Shown here piece by piece: positions 1-13,358 of a stretch of DNA of 64,000 bases. The stretch covers positions 10,416,001 through 10,480,000 of the forward strand of contig JBHGNT010000022.1 in assembly GCA_043228905.1 (NCBI GenBank), given 5' to 3'. The DNA comes from Azolla caroliniana (Eukaryota; Plantae; Polypodiophyta). Every line of letters begins with the position of its first letter. The stretch's first letter is position 1. The position numbers were made by a program, and so were the translations under genes. Under the pieces are notes generated by a model that saw nothing but the letters and a program-made list of their open reading frames with translations, was not told the DNA's origin and made no database searches.

Positions 1-99
1 ATTTTTTCAATATTTTTTTATTTTTTATAGAAAAAATTCAAAAAAATTCAAAAAAAACAAAAATAAAAAGCAAATTTGGAAAAAAATACGTAAAAGTAG

Positions 100-650
100 A
101 CTTTCAACCAAAATCCGATGCAGTGCATCGGATTTCCATTGAAAATCCATTTCTTCAATTTTTATTTATTTTTTTATGGGAAAAATAAAAACGAATTCAA
201 AAACAATTCAAAAAATAAGAAAATTTTCAAAAAAATAAGATAAATTGGATTTTCAATTGAATCCAATGCACGGAATTGGATTTCCATTGAAATCCAATTT
301 TTCAATTTTTATTTATTTATTTACGAGTAAAATAAAAAATGTTTATTTATTTATTTATGGGAAAATGTTTTATTTTTTCAATTTGTATTTATTTATGTAT
401 TTTCGGGAAATCCATGCAATGTATCATATTTTAGTCTACGTAGCTAGAATTCAATGCAATGCATTAAAATGCAAGAGGATTTTTTTAATGGAAATTTTAA
501 AAAAAATTCCAAGACTTACAGGAATCTGATGCATTATATCCAATTCTAGATGTATAGAGTAAAATTCGACATGTTGCGTCAAATCTAGATGGAATGAATC
601 GGATTTCTGTACGACATCAAAGGCTTACTATGAGAATCTAAGAAAAATGG
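100..650. repeat. AT-rich region with degenerate palindromic repeats (AAATCCGATGCA-G-TGCATCGGATTT type), probably the subterminal region of a DNA transposon
   Basis: Near-perfect palindrome at ~111-135 with degenerate copies at ~260-283, 523-546 and 563-586, separated by A/T tracts. Confidence 0.4.
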
Positions 651-1629
651 AAAACATCTTTAAGACATTTTTTAGATTCTAATGATTTTGGTAGAAAGCT
701 TCTCTCAGATAATCTAATCTTCTAAATGGAAAGTACATAATGAAATATCATAACCAGAAAGTGAGGAGGAAAGATGCATCAACCACATCTACTCTTACAT
801 TGGATAATGTTTATATATTAGTGTATGACTTATCTTTGACCAAAACAAGTTATCTGTGACAGACCACAATGAAGATACTAAAAGAGGATCTGGAATGTGG
901 CTTTAGACACAACACAAAGACAAACAAGAAGCATGACTCATAAACTCGATGAGGTTGGATTGCAATTGGATCAACACAATGCATTAGTTGCCATTGATGA
1001 TGAGGATGAGACATCATAAACTCGTACTAGTTCATCTAATGGGTATGAAGATGATGACATAAACTTGAAAAATGATTGTCCTGATATGTTAACTATAAAT
1101 ATTGTATTGCACATCAAGATTTGGATTCAGAATTTCTATAAATATTGGGGTTAGTCATTTTGGACATTCATTTGTAAGTTTGGCATGTCCATTATTTAGG
1201 CATTTTTTTGAACACCTAAATTTCCGTACATGTTAAAAATCAATATATTTTTGGGTCATTTTTTAATTCCTTTACGCATGCGGCACCCCTTTTTGTGAAT
1301 CACCCTAATTTGTGTCATTTTTTGATGGACAGTTCTCAAAATGCGACATATTACCTGTTTCAAATGTCCCGGTGTTCCATTAGGAATACCATTCAAAAAG
1401 CAAGCAACAAACCATTTCTCACCTATAAGTCCCGATTTTTGGGTCTGGGTCCAAGCATGATGCACATAATCCTCGAGAGAGGTAAATGGCTTACTCGACA
1501 ACGTGAGCAAGTGTTGCGCTTGTTCAATTTGAGAAGGTGGCTGCAAAAACCGTTTCTTAAAAAAAATCAACGAAACCTTCCCAAGTTGTGGGTAAGCTCT
1601 TTGCAGTCCTTAGGCCGCGCCACCATAGA

Positions 1630-4600
1630 ATGTTGAAGAGGCTTCGTTAGAAAATCAGCCCACATTTGATGAGTGGGAGCAAACTTTAACTCTATCTTCT
1701 TCGTTTCAATGAGATCACGAAGAAAGTGATGCTTCAAATCCACATGACGAATATTGTCGCTCATCTTTGGATTGTTGGCTAACTTGATGCAAGATTGATT
1801 ATCACAAAATAAAGTCACTGGTGGAATAGTAAATAACTTAAATTCATCGAGCATAGCTTTAATCCATATGCCTTCTTTAGCCGCTAAAGCCGCGGCAACA
1901 TATTCAGCTTCGGTGGATGACAATGCTACGGTAGTTTGTTTCTTTGACTTCCACGAAATTGCACCACCAGCTAGTGTGTAAACATATCCACCTGTTGACT
2001 TGCGATCATCTACATCTCCCCCCCAGTCCGAGTCTGACCAACCAATTAGTTGGCTAGAGGGATATGTCCATCCTTGTGGTTGACTCGGATTGTGTGGCAG
2101 AGTAAGTCAACGCATAATGTTGAGTGTGCTTCAAGTATCGTAGTAATCTTTTGAGCGCGATCCAATGCTTTGGTCCTGGATTAGACATGAAACGAGAAAG
2201 AAAGCCGGCGGCAAAGCAAATATCGGGACGTGTGCAACTTACTAGATATCTTATACACCCAAGGATTTGCTTATAGGGTACATCCTTCATTTCGGAAATT
2301 TCTCGTTCATTTTTGGGAGAATCATCATTTGATAGTTTACATGGAGAGGTAAGAGGAGTATTAATAGGCTTACTATGGAGCATATCAAATTTTTGGAGGA
2401 TAGAATTAATATAATTTGATTGTGATAATGAGATAGTATGATTTGTTCTACTTTGAGTTATTTTGATGCCTAGAAAATGGGTCATAGGGCCTAAATCGGT
2501 AATAGGAAAAACATATGCAAGTTCCTTCTTGGCAATAGCTAGATAAGATTTAGAGTTAGAGATCAAAGCCAAATCATCAACATAGACACCTATGATAACA
2601 AAATTGGATTTGGCTTTTCTAACATAGATATTTGGCTCATTGTTTAGACGATGATATCCAACTTTTATAAGAAAAGAGTGTAGTTTGTGATACCATATGC
2701 GTGGAGATTGCTTAAGGCCGTAAATAGATTTACGAAGTCGACAAACATGTGTCGGATGACTTGGATCTTCAAAAAATTGTGGTTGTTGTAGATAAAGTTC
2801 TTCATCTAAATCTCCATGAAGAAAAGCCGTTTGTACATCCAAGTGATGCAATTCTAGATCATGTTGTGCGGCACGAGCAACAAGCATTTGAAAACCACAT
2901 ATTTTTAGCATTGGACTAAATGACATTGTATCTTGAAAATCAATACCTGGTACTTGAGAAAATCCTTGAGCAACTACACGAGCCTTGAAGCGAATTGGAT
3001 TGCCATTACTATCTCGCTTTATGTGTAAGACCCATTTAGAACCAATTATTTGTCGATCTTTTGGAGGCTCAACGAGGGTCCACGTACCATTTTTAAGTAA
3101 AGCCTTCATTTCTTCTTCCATAGCTTTTCTCCATTTGATAGAATCCGATCCGGAAAGTGCATCTTTGGCCGATAGATTTGTGTCATCACTAATGGTTGGA
3201 ATATCTTCTTCTTGAATATAAGCTTCATGGTCCAAGTCCACGAAATGTGCTTCCATTTGATCAAGTTGTTCATAAATATTACTTAGAGATCTATACTTTG
3301 GAGGTGGAGAGTTTGGTGGAGAAGTTGGTGATGACACTTGGAATGAAGGATTAGGAGAGGGACTGGAGAAGATAACATTATTTGTATTATTAGAGGGAGT
3401 TAAACAATGTATATTTAAAGGAGTATGAGGAAGAGAATCATCTAGAGATTCGAATGAGGGAAGATGAGAAGAAGAATTAGTTGGTTGAGTAGGATTGATC
3501 TTTGCCTTATGAATAGAGGGAAGAGCAACAAAAATTGTGGAAGTAGAGGATGAGCCAATATTGGCTCCTTCAATATGAGAGCTATTAATATTAGAGATGG
3601 TTGAGGAAGATGGTTGTAAGTAGTTAGGGGTAGGTTATAAGGGAGGTAGATTAGAAGAGAGTGAAGAAGAAACCTTTGTAGAAGGCCCATTTTCTTGGAA
3701 TATCACATTACGACTAAAGAATATTCTTCGTTTTTGTGGATCATAGAGCTTGTATGCCTTGTATCCTGAAGCTTCTCCATATCCGATGAAAGTTGATTTT
3801 GTAGCCCTTGGATCTAGCTTATTTCTTTGAACATTTGGCACAAAAGCATAAGCATCACAACCAAAAATACGAAGGTTACTTAAGTTAGGTTTGTGACCAT
3901 GCCATAGTTCATAAGGGGTTTGAAGCCCCAAGGATCTATGAAATCCTCGATTTTGAATATAGCAAGCGGTGCCAACCGCTTCCTCCCAAAATTGAGGTGA
4001 TAAGTGAGCAAATTGTAACAGACTTCGAGCCATATTGAGAAGTCATCTATTCTTCCTTTCGGATACACCATTTTGTTGTGGTGTGTGTGGTGTTGATATT
4101 CTATGATGTATGCCTTCATTTAGATATAAACTTTGAAATTCATGAGACATATACTCACCACCACCATCGGTTTGAAGACTTTTAATCTTTGATGATGTTT
4201 GCACTTCGACTCGAGCCTTGTATTCTTTGAATGCTTGATAAGCTTGACTTTTGTACTTGAGAAAATGCAAGATTGTAAATCGACTAAAGTCATCTATAAA
4301 GCTAATGAAATATTTGGCTCCACTAAGAGAAGGGGTTGGAAAAGGTCCACATAGATCACTATGTACTAATGCAAGAGGGGTAGTGGCTCTAGATCTATGC
4401 TCTGGGAATGGTTGTTGGGGCATTTTCCCAAGGATACAACTTTCACACAAAGAGATGGGCTTGAAAGGTTCTTTTGGCAAACCATGGACTAGATTATTAC
4501 ATTGTAGTGTTTTAAGAGCATTGAAATGCATATGACCTAGACGAAAGTGCCAAAGAGAAGAAGGAGAATGAAGATTGGTTAAAGATATGGAGGATTGTAT

Positions 4601-5790
4601 TGGGGGGTAGTATGATGTGCTTCAAAAATAAGAGATGTAGGAATACATTTTATGGGATATAAGCCTCCTTCTCGTTTACAACATGTTCTAATAAGTTCTC
4701 CATTTGAGGCTTTATGTTTAATAATAGCATGGTTAGGATGAAATTCAATGATAGTACCATTTGTCGTTGCTTGACTAACCGATAGCAAGTGTTTAGTAAT
4801 GCCCGGGACATAGAGAACTTCATTGATTGTGAAATGTCTTCCTCCTGTGACTTCAAACGTAATATCACCCTTGCCAATAGCTAGTTTAGTCCCATTATTT
4901 CCAAATCTTCCATTTTGATATCCATCTCCTATGACTTTTTCATCATCCATCTCTTCTTCAACAAGATGGGCTTGTACACGCTTCCATGGTTGATAACTCT
5001 TGAAATTTGACTTTGCGCGACAATCTTTGGTTGCATGATTTGTACATTTGCATATTTTACAATAGGTATTGTTGAACCGCATTTCTCCTTGTTTAGTGTT
5101 TTGATCTTTCTTTATCCATGACTTCGAGCTTTCTCCTCTTTGGGTGAACCTTTTGTTCTTGTATGCTACCATTGCCATACTTGGCGTTGAATTTGAAGAC
5201 CTTTGTGAACGCATTGTTTCCTCCTGTCTAATGTTTGCAAGAAGATCGATTAGCGTTGGACAATTTATAGAGTTTTGGGTGGTTCTAAAAGTGGACCACG
5301 AGTGAGGAAGAGCACCAAGGAGGAGAATCTTTTGTAATTTATCATGGATTTCTAATCCCGAAGTTAACACATCATCTAATTTCTTTTGCCATATTAATAG
5401 AAATTCACCAACCGGTTGTTCGTCATTCATTTTGTAATTAACAAGCGCTTGAAGTGTATGCACTTGTTGGGCATCATTTTTCGGCTCGTAGATAGTTTGT
5501 AAGTGCTTCCACATTTCATGAGCCGTCTCCATTTTTCGCAATGTTTCTCCGGTGCCATCACTTACGTGCATTAGAATTTCCATTCTTGCACACAAATCTT
5601 TTTCTTCATATTCTTCAAGTTCTTAGCCTTTTTCAGGTTTTGTTGACGATCCTGAAATTATGTCCCATACTTTATTATATTTAAAAAGTAATTCTAATCT
5701 TGCCTTCCAAATTCGATAATTTGTGTCCGATAATTTCTCGATCGTGAATTTTCGCATGTTGAGTTGCGACGACGACATAGATTGCGCCAT
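1630..5790 (-). pseudogene. Ty1/copia gag-pol, disrupted and 3'-truncated
   Basis: Fragments: gag (LLLGALPHSW, CKICKCTNH zinc knuckle), GAG-pre-integrase/integrase (VHSDLCGP, TDGGGEY, PQQNGVSERKNR), RT (KARVVAQG, LDVQTAFLHG, YVDDL) and RNase H (SSTEAEY, CDNQS, ADFLTKPL). Several stops and frameshifts; the protease DSG motif is absent. Confidence 0.95.
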
Positions 5791-5939
5791 TATTGCAGAG
5801 GGCTGTCCGGATCAGCGCACGACAAACACAAAATTGTCGTTCGTTATTTGACGATCTTGAACACTATGAATATAATTTATAGGGCACGTGTTTTGTAATT
5901 TTTAGAAAGGCATTGGCTATAAGGCTATTAGGTCGTTTG

Positions 5940-5951
5940 GCTCTGATACCA
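5940..5951 (-). other. Primer-binding site (tRNA-iMet) of the copia element
   Basis: gctctgatacca = reverse complement of TGGTATCAGAGC, adjacent to the LTR. Confidence 0.9.
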
Positions 5952-6253
5952 TGTTGGGAAAGAAGAGAAAGAGAGATAGAAAGAAATAGAGAGAGAGAGA
6001 GAGAGAGAGAGAGATGAGGGAAACAGAGAAAGCGTTCTATTATTATTATAATGCCCCTTAAATAAATACAACGTTGGTGGTGGCTTTATAAGACCACCAC
6101 CAATAGGCTTACGGTTTCCTTCTCATGAAGGAAACCGATTTCATAAGAACTACATATTAATATATTTTATTTTATTTTATTTTATTTTGCTTATTATTTT
6201 CCTCAGCAGTAGCTCGGGCACCTAACTAACGATTGACATAACCAATTTTTACA
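5952..6253 (-). repeat. 5' LTR of the copia element (no matching 3' LTR found)
   Basis: Starts TGTTGG next to the PBS, contains a (GA)n tract and ends ...TTTTACA; distal end approximate. Confidence 0.7.
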
Positions 6254-6560
6254 GCATTGGGCTTGGGGTGGAGCTCAAAGAAGTGCTAATGGCCTCCTTG
6301 GTTCTTTCTTTCTTATCTCCCTTGAATGGCGTTACTACGAAAGAAGGCTCACCTTCTTTCTTGGACTCAATAGTCAAATCTTGGAATTTCTTTTCCAATG
6401 CCATATTGGCCTGCCTCATTTTGGCCAATTGATTCAAGGTAGTAGTGAGCAATTGCTCAATAGTGATCTCAGCCTGTGTGCGAGATGCGAATTGGAGTTG
6501 AGAGGTCTTGGTCGGAGAGATTGCTCCAACGTTCAAAACTTATTCCATGATGCAAGTTGT
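6254..6560 (-). pseudogene. Probable retrotransposon gag N-terminal fragment, cut by the copia insertion
   Basis: Coiled-coil-like ORF ending ...VVTPFKGDKKERTKEAI, truncated at the LTR edge. Confidence 0.4.
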
Positions 6561-7544
6561 GGGTATGCAATATAAATAAGGAGGTTCAGAAAATACACAA
6601 GCAGAAAGAATGCTTGAACTTTACCAAGAAAGCATCTCACATCTTTACCCCTCTAGACATATGAGATGTGATTTGAGATCCGATAACTATGGTAACACTA
6701 TGGTGTTTTAAAAACCATGGGGGAAAACATAGCTAAGATGTCTTTCTCGGATCTCTATCTTGAATAATCATGGCGGCTCCCCGAGGCTCAACCATGGTTC
6801 TAACATCAAACGTAGTTTCCTAGTTAGCCTTATATTAGAATGTCAACCCAACATGTATTGATATGGTCGAGGAAGTGTATTACGTGAAAAAACAAGTGCA
6901 CTCGCAAGTAATATTCTAGTCTTGCGAGTAACAAGAAAATGTTATGACAAAAACAATAAAATAAGGCACTACCCATAAGAATCAAGCAGTGACGAAAACA
7001 AGGGTCAAAAAACCCATGTGTTACCTACTAAAAAAATGTCACAAATAAATGGATGGTGCAAGGTATGCACATATACATCCCAATATGGTGGTTTTAATTT
7101 GCACAATTGTGACATAAGCCACAAATTGATACAAATGGTGGTGGTATTGTGCGCCAAGATGTAGTACTCAAATTTATGAGTAAAACATCAATAGGGGAAC
7201 TCATGTGGTTTTACTCGAGTTCAAAGGCTCGATAATATGAGTTAAACCTAGATGAGCCGTTGGAAAAAATCGTTCAAAAAACGGCATGATGCCCACTCAA
7301 TATTAAAAAATAGTCTACATGAATCATTACACCATTGAACGTACGTAAATAATGTAGATGAACTTAAAATAAGGGCAAGAAAGAGAGTTAATTGTGGGTG
7401 GGTAAATGACAATTACTAGAAAATTATACAAAAGTGAAACGAAAATTTGTGTAATTAGAAATTAATTAGAATAATAATGAATTAGTTGTATGAATCATTG
7501 AGCATGCCTTAAGGTATGAAACCCTAAGGTAGTCGACATGCATC

Positions 7545-7790
7545 TCCTCAAGACCACCACATCTCCCTAGAATCGGCCAATTGATGGCTCAATAAAGAGT
7601 AAAGTGGCATAGGTAAGTGACATATACCTCGTTAATGCCACAACATCCCATAGAATCGGCCAAATGATGGCTCAATAGAGAGTAGAGTGGCATAGGTAGG
7701 CGACATACACCTCATCAAGACCACAACATCCCATAGAATTAGCCAAGTGATGGCTCAATAAAGGGAAGAGTGGCATACTCAACATCATAT
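7545..7790. repeat. Short tandem repeat, ~85-90 bp unit, about 3 copies
   Basis: Recurrent CCACAxCATCCCxTAGAATCGGCCAAxTGATGGCTCAATAxAGAGTAxAGTGGCATAGG at ~7556, 7638 and 7721. Confidence 0.75.
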
Positions 7791-9225
7791 GCAAAAGGAC
7801 CATGACGTGAGCGTGTACGATTAGGGCAAACACGCTCGACCTGATGCACAAGAATAATTATTATCGTAAGAGATGGCTCAAGAGAGGGGAGAGTGGGAGA
7901 AACATCGCAATATGAAAAAGGGCCATGAGTTGAGTGTGTGCGATTAGTGCAAACATGCTCAACCCAAAGCATAAGTAGATTAACATCGTATGATGGTAGA
8001 ATAAAGAAAGAAAAGAAAAGAAAACGTAATACCACTTCCATATGACCAAAAAGAAAGCATCATAGAAAAGAAAAGAGAGATCGAGAAAGAAGAATACCGG
8101 GTTAAGAATGTTGTGAAGAGCATGACGAGCCTTATTAGATCCCCATCGCTCACACAAAAAAAACATTTGTTAGTACATGCTCTGATTACTAATCAATAGA
8201 CCAAACTAAAGTAAAAGAAGGAAAATAGAATGGATAGAAGAACCCATTCCACCCGACCACCCTTGAGCTATGATCTAGACATAGCCAACCTACCACCGAC
8301 GTCCCATACCGCCGGATATTAGGATGACTAATACCTTGGGAGAGATAAACACGATCATCGAGAGGAAATCCTAGCCCATACCAAGACAGTAGCCTTCTGA
8401 CGTAATGTGATTATGAGGGTAGGTAAGCCTCATATTTATACCTTTTCCTAGGCCCCTTGAATAGATGTGCCTTTCTGAAAGGCTCTCCATTCATTGGTTG
8501 TCCAAATCATGATAGTGCATGCACCTATCATTCCTACTATCCAATCATTTGTCCCCTTTTTAACATTAGTGAACATACCCTTCACTAATGTAAATATTGG
8601 TGACCTACCCTCACCAACATTATGTGTACATAATAACGGGCCAAGAGGACACAAGTCGGGATGAAGCGGTAACGAGAGCCGCGAAGGACCCCGACATGAA
8701 GGTCGGAATGACGGTACGCTCTACTGTGAGAGAGCACTATGAGCAAGGGAGAAACAAGGAGCACGTAATGGGGTCACCAAAGGATCGAAGAACGAGCGTG
8801 TATTCGGAGGACGACATCGATGCATGGGAAGAGCCTACGGAAGGCAAGGGTGGAACAGAGAGAGACAACACGTCGAGGTACTCAGGACAAGCAGACGGTT
8901 GAACCAAAGGAGGGACACACGTGACACGCGAGGTGTGGAATCCGGCTTACAACCGGAGGGACCGAGGGCCTAATTGGAGGGCATATGCGGCGGACAAAGA
9001 AGGAGCGATCAGATTGTCAACGGTGTTCGGGAGAACCGATCAGGGAAGAAGGTGTGAGTGTCGGATATGGCGGATCAGATTGAGCTGACGGATCGGGGTC
9101 GGTAGAGCCGACAAGGCGGTCGGGTGCAGGGACGGCAGAGAACCCGGTTGATCACCGTCGCTGAAATCTCTCACCTTTTCCTTTTATGGCACATATCGGT
9201 GGTTGTGCGGTTTGGTGGGGGTGGA

Positions 9226-9745
9226 TGTCGTGAAGATTTCTGGCTTTGGTGTGAAACCGGAATGGAGTGGGCAAGTTGGCAATGTGCAACATGTGCACAT
9301 GTATGGTAGGTAAATGGTGTATAGAATAAGGGAGAGAATTTATCCCACATTGTAACGTCCCTCCTAACTTGGGCTATAAAAGGAAGGGAGGGGTCTCTTG
9401 TGAAGGGGTTGCCTATTTTGAGTGAGAGAGGTATACCGCTTAGGTCGAGGCTTTCTATTTCGGTTTTAGGGTTTCGTTTGGGGTTTTACTATTCTTCTTC
9501 TTCTTCATACCATTTTGGGTTTAGGGTTTTCTCTTCCTCATCTTCTTTACTTTACTTATCTGGTTAGGGTTCCATATAGTGTTTTCGTTCGGCCTATGCG
9601 GCCATGGTTGTAAAGCGTTTGTGTATCTTGCCTCCATCCATTCTATGTTTATGTCCTATTCTTTCCCCTCCCCTCACAAGCTAAGCTTCTATTCCCCCTC
9701 TACTCCCTAGTCCAAGACCCCCGTGGCCCCGCCTAAGATCTTACA
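9226..9745 (+). repeat. Gypsy-type LTR preceded by a polypurine tract and abutting the next LTR
   Basis: GGTGGGGGTGGA|TGTCGTGAAG, the same PPT/LTR junction as at 26987-27008; TATAAAAG at ~9376. Confidence 0.6.
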
Positions 9746-10479
9746 TGTCGTGAAGAAAACCGGCATTAGGCGAAATAAGTGTAAAAGATGCATGAACCGG
9801 CCCTTACGCGTGGGCACAAGGATTGATAAGTTGTACATAATTAGGAATACATTGGCTAATTAAAATATACTATGTGGTACACATTTATTAGCTAGGAAAT
9901 CAATGCGTATCTCTTTTTGAAAGGACAGAGAATAAAGATGATGTATTCAGGATGTGACGGCTCTCCCCGATGACCTATAAAAGAGAGGAGAGAAGGCAGG
10001 AAGAAATATTGCGTTTTGGCGAGGACAGAGTGTTGTCAGACTAGGAACCGGGCTTTCTCCTCCTCTATCGTTGTTCTGTATAGATTCTTGGTTTGCCTCT
10101 GCTTCGAGGAAAGCCCGAGTGCTTCCGGCAGGGGCTCCACTGTGTGCGTGAGAGTGTGAGTGTGAGTGTTGGGTCTGTTGCCGGCTCGCCGGTTCTAATC
10201 TTACAAAGCTATAATCTTTATTGTTGGAATCAATTCTCCTGTTTGTTGTCTCTTAGTGCTCTTTTGTGTGTTGCCATTTCACTGTCTGGTAGGTACGCAT
10301 CTCTGTTCGTTCTGTACACGCGGTTGTGATTCATTCAGCCGGTAAGTGCCGCTTGCCGAAAGAAAGCATTCACTGGCTCGATGCTCGCGCTCTCTCTCCC
10401 CTTGATCTCTTGCACTCCTCGGTCCAAGGCCCCCGCGGTCCTACCGTAGTTTCCCACGCGTAAGCGAAACAACACGACA
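9746..10479 (+). repeat. 5' LTR of a Ty3/gypsy element
   Basis: TGTCGTG...CACGACA terminal inverted repeat, followed by a PBS; homologous to 26999-27698. Confidence 0.9.
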
Positions 10480-10485
10480 TTAATT

Positions 10486-10502
10486 TGGTGAACCCGACGT
10501 GA
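10486..10502 (+). other. Primer-binding site complementary to the tRNA-Trp 3' end
   Basis: TGGTGAACCCGACGTGA, the complement of ...UCACGUCGGGUUCACCA; identical PBS at 28845-28861. Confidence 0.8.
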
Positions 10503-10520
10503 AACAAGGTCACACATGAG

Positions 10521-12008
10521 TTGAAGATGAGGGGATCAGAGCTTGCCGAAACCATGGCGATAGCCGTTGATCGGATAGTAAGTACTTGCGAGGGCACAAG
10601 CACCCTTGACAGGGCCATCGAAGCGATTGTCGGCACAATAGGCCGGTTCGGAGGGAAAAATGTTAGGAGTTATTTAGAGGCCTACCAAGCTGAGATGGTG
10701 ATGAGGGACATCCTGGAGGACTGGCAACTGGCCGGATTCCCTCTTGTGGCAATGCCGAGCATCCACGCAGAGGTGCTCGAGGTACGGGCTGGGTGTTGGA
10801 CCTGGGGAGAATTCTAAGGTCGGGTCCTCGAAAAATACAGGCTCGATGATTCACTCCGATTGTCGAAGCGGGATTTCATGGAGTTGGTGGAGACTCCTGG
10901 AAAGGGCAGGAACGCATCGGTGCTCCTCCGGGAGTTTGATGAACGCTTTGCCCGGCTCTCGACACTGGATAGGACCGTGCTTGACAAGAGCCGTGTCCTT
11001 CTGTTCGTCAAAGCAGTGGACGTGTGGGACCGGGAGTAGGTGGGTCTCCTACTAGAGACAGAGGACGGGCTGACGGGCGACTGGGCCGTGGTAAAACAAT
11101 TTTGCAGCCATTTCGATAAACGGCATGAATGGGGCGACGAGGGTTCGTCGACGGCAAGACTCGTTCCAGCAAGGAAGTTCGAGGACCCTCCGCCGGCACA
11201 AAAGGAGACAACCCGAGATTGGCTTGAGATAGGCTCAACCTCGACCGACATGGTCAAGGGCCCATCCGAAGGAGTGGCTCTGGAGGAACTAACACATATG
11301 GTGCACAACCTTCAGATTGCAACCAGAGGCCTCCGGCAGGGCAGTGGTGCATGTGGTGTGACGTGGTCGGTCACATCCGGAAGGAGTGCGCGGACTTCGT
11401 AGAAGCACTCAGGACTAACGTTCTGTACCTGTGGAACGGGTGGGTACATGCTTGCAAGACCCGAAAAGCCCTGGATTTGAATACCGGGCGCGGCGGAATG
11501 AAGCGGCTGATGGAAAAAGTCGTTGAAGCCATTCACTACTCGACATTGGCCAGAATTCGGGTAGGGAGTGACGACGACAGCAAATGGACGAAGGACTCTA
11601 GATTCTGGCCATCGATGCTATGAAGACGCTCGAGAGTAAGTCTGAGGAAGGAGGAAGCGTACCGCACGGAGAAGCGGATCCACGAGGTTACCGGATGGGA
11701 TGACCCTGTGGAGGAGAAGATCGGTTTCATAGAAGTCGTGTGCCAGAACTACGAGGTTCTGGTGGAGGACAAGAGAGCAGGGAAGGTCGGGGGAGCCAGA
11801 CCTTCGAAACGGTACGAGATGCAGAGTAGACCAAGGAAGAACGACTTCAATAGTTCTGGTCCGCAAGATCGCATGAAGCAGGCCGGTTACTGGCTGGGCA
11901 CGAAGATAGAGAGGACGACGGACTTGCGAAAGGTCTTCGAAGAACGAATCCTCGATAGCAAGGTGGAGTTGTCGCTGAGGGAGGTGCTTGGAATTGCAAA
12001 GAAGGAGT
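10521..12008 (+). pseudogene. Ty3/gypsy gag, disrupted and interrupted at ~12008
   Basis: GRFGGKNVRSYLEAY; CMWCDVVGHIRKEC zinc knuckle; the frame breaks after LGIAKKE. Confidence 0.85.
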
Positions 12009-12109
12009 TGGCAGAAAGCCACATTGGAACCCAGAATATATAAGGGAAACCAAAACATATTCATTCTATCAATGTGTGGAGCATAAAATGTTCAAGGTGA
12101 CTTCGGCTA

Positions 12110-12550
12110 CACTATGTGGTATGCACGCTTCGAGCGTTCGCGTGTGTGCATGGCCGTGTGGACGTTTTCGGACGTACGTGCGCATGGACGTCTTCGGATG
12201 TACACGCGTGTGCAAGTTTTGGGTGTACGCGTGGACGAACGTGTATGTGCGGACCAGCGCGCAGACGCGTGTGTGCGCACGCGCGCATGCGTGGACATAC
12301 GCGTGGACGTTTTGGACAGACGCGTATGTGTGGACACGCGCATGCATGGATGCATACACTACGATGCAGTTGAGACTTTTGCGTGTGGATGCGTACACGG
12401 TGCAGGTTGGACGCGCGCGCGCGTGGATGCGTACACTACGGCGTGGTTGGGACTCGCGCATGCGTGGATGCGTACACTACTATGCGGTCGAGACTTTTGC
12501 GCGCTGACGCGTCTACTGTTCGGTTGCGACGCACGTACGGATTGCGCACG
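12110..12550. repeat. Degenerate purine-pyrimidine alternating minisatellite (GCGTGGAY / GCGTACAC / CACGCG units)
   Basis: Dense alternating RY runs such as cgcgtgtgtgcgcacgcgcgcatgcgtg; these generate several spurious ORFs. Confidence 0.85.
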
Positions 12551-12599
12551 AGCTAAACTTTATGGATGATTGTGTCATTTGGCCGAATTATACGGACAA

Positions 12600-12715
12600 T
12601 CGCATGCAACCAAAAGCCAAGGCCATGCAACTAAAAGTAAAAGGCATGCATCTAAAAATGGAAGCATGCAACTAAAAATAGAGGCCATCCAACTAAAAGT
12701 AGGCATGCAAAGTAA
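12600..12715. repeat. Short repeat ~21 bp (GGCATGCAACTAAAAGTA), 5-6 copies
   Basis: catgcaacca aaa / catgcaactaaaa / catgcatctaaaa / catgcaactaaaa / catccaactaaaa. Confidence 0.75.
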
Positions 12716-13358
12716 CATTGGGGAGGAGGAGCAACGAGGAGCTCGATATATGTCCCATTTTTTCCCTCCTAGTTTTTCTTTTCCCCTTCTTTCTTCTTCC
12801 CTCTCGGATTCGAGAAACAATTTATCTCACATATTGATATCAAACTCCTAGCTTTGTTTACCTTATCTTTCTTGTCAAAAGTTATCTCTCATATTCATAT
12901 CGGACCACTCCTTGCATGGTTGTTGGCTCCTTTCTTTGAAAAACTAATCTCTCATTTCCATATCCAACCCATTGTAACATGATTTTGAAATTATAAAGAA
13001 AACACGTTCGCGTTCACAAGTGGAAGGATCGCGCATAAATGGAAGGATAAGGGAAATTTTAGGGCTTTTTCAATGATTTTACAAAACACATTGATACTAG
13101 TATCATACATGTTCAAACATACTATGAAAAAGGTTAAAAATCCACTATTTTCGTGATTTAGAAGTAACTAAAAAAAGACGAATTTCAAAAAGATACATTC
13201 TCAATTTATATCACAAACTTTACAACCAATGTTATTTTATAAGAAGCGATTTTTTAGAAATCATAAGAATTCAAAACACATGCTTTTATATTACTCGATT
13301 TGTTACAAGCGGAATGTAGTTACACTTAATAGCCAAATATACATTCATGATCACTCCT

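Noticed and set aside
700-1100. Possible hAT transposase C-terminal remnant
   Set aside because: Only an acidic, fragmentary reading with no diagnostic motif; cannot be supported without a search
12069-12569. Five overlapping 80-150 aa ORFs
   Set aside because: Artefacts of a stop-poor RY-alternating minisatellite
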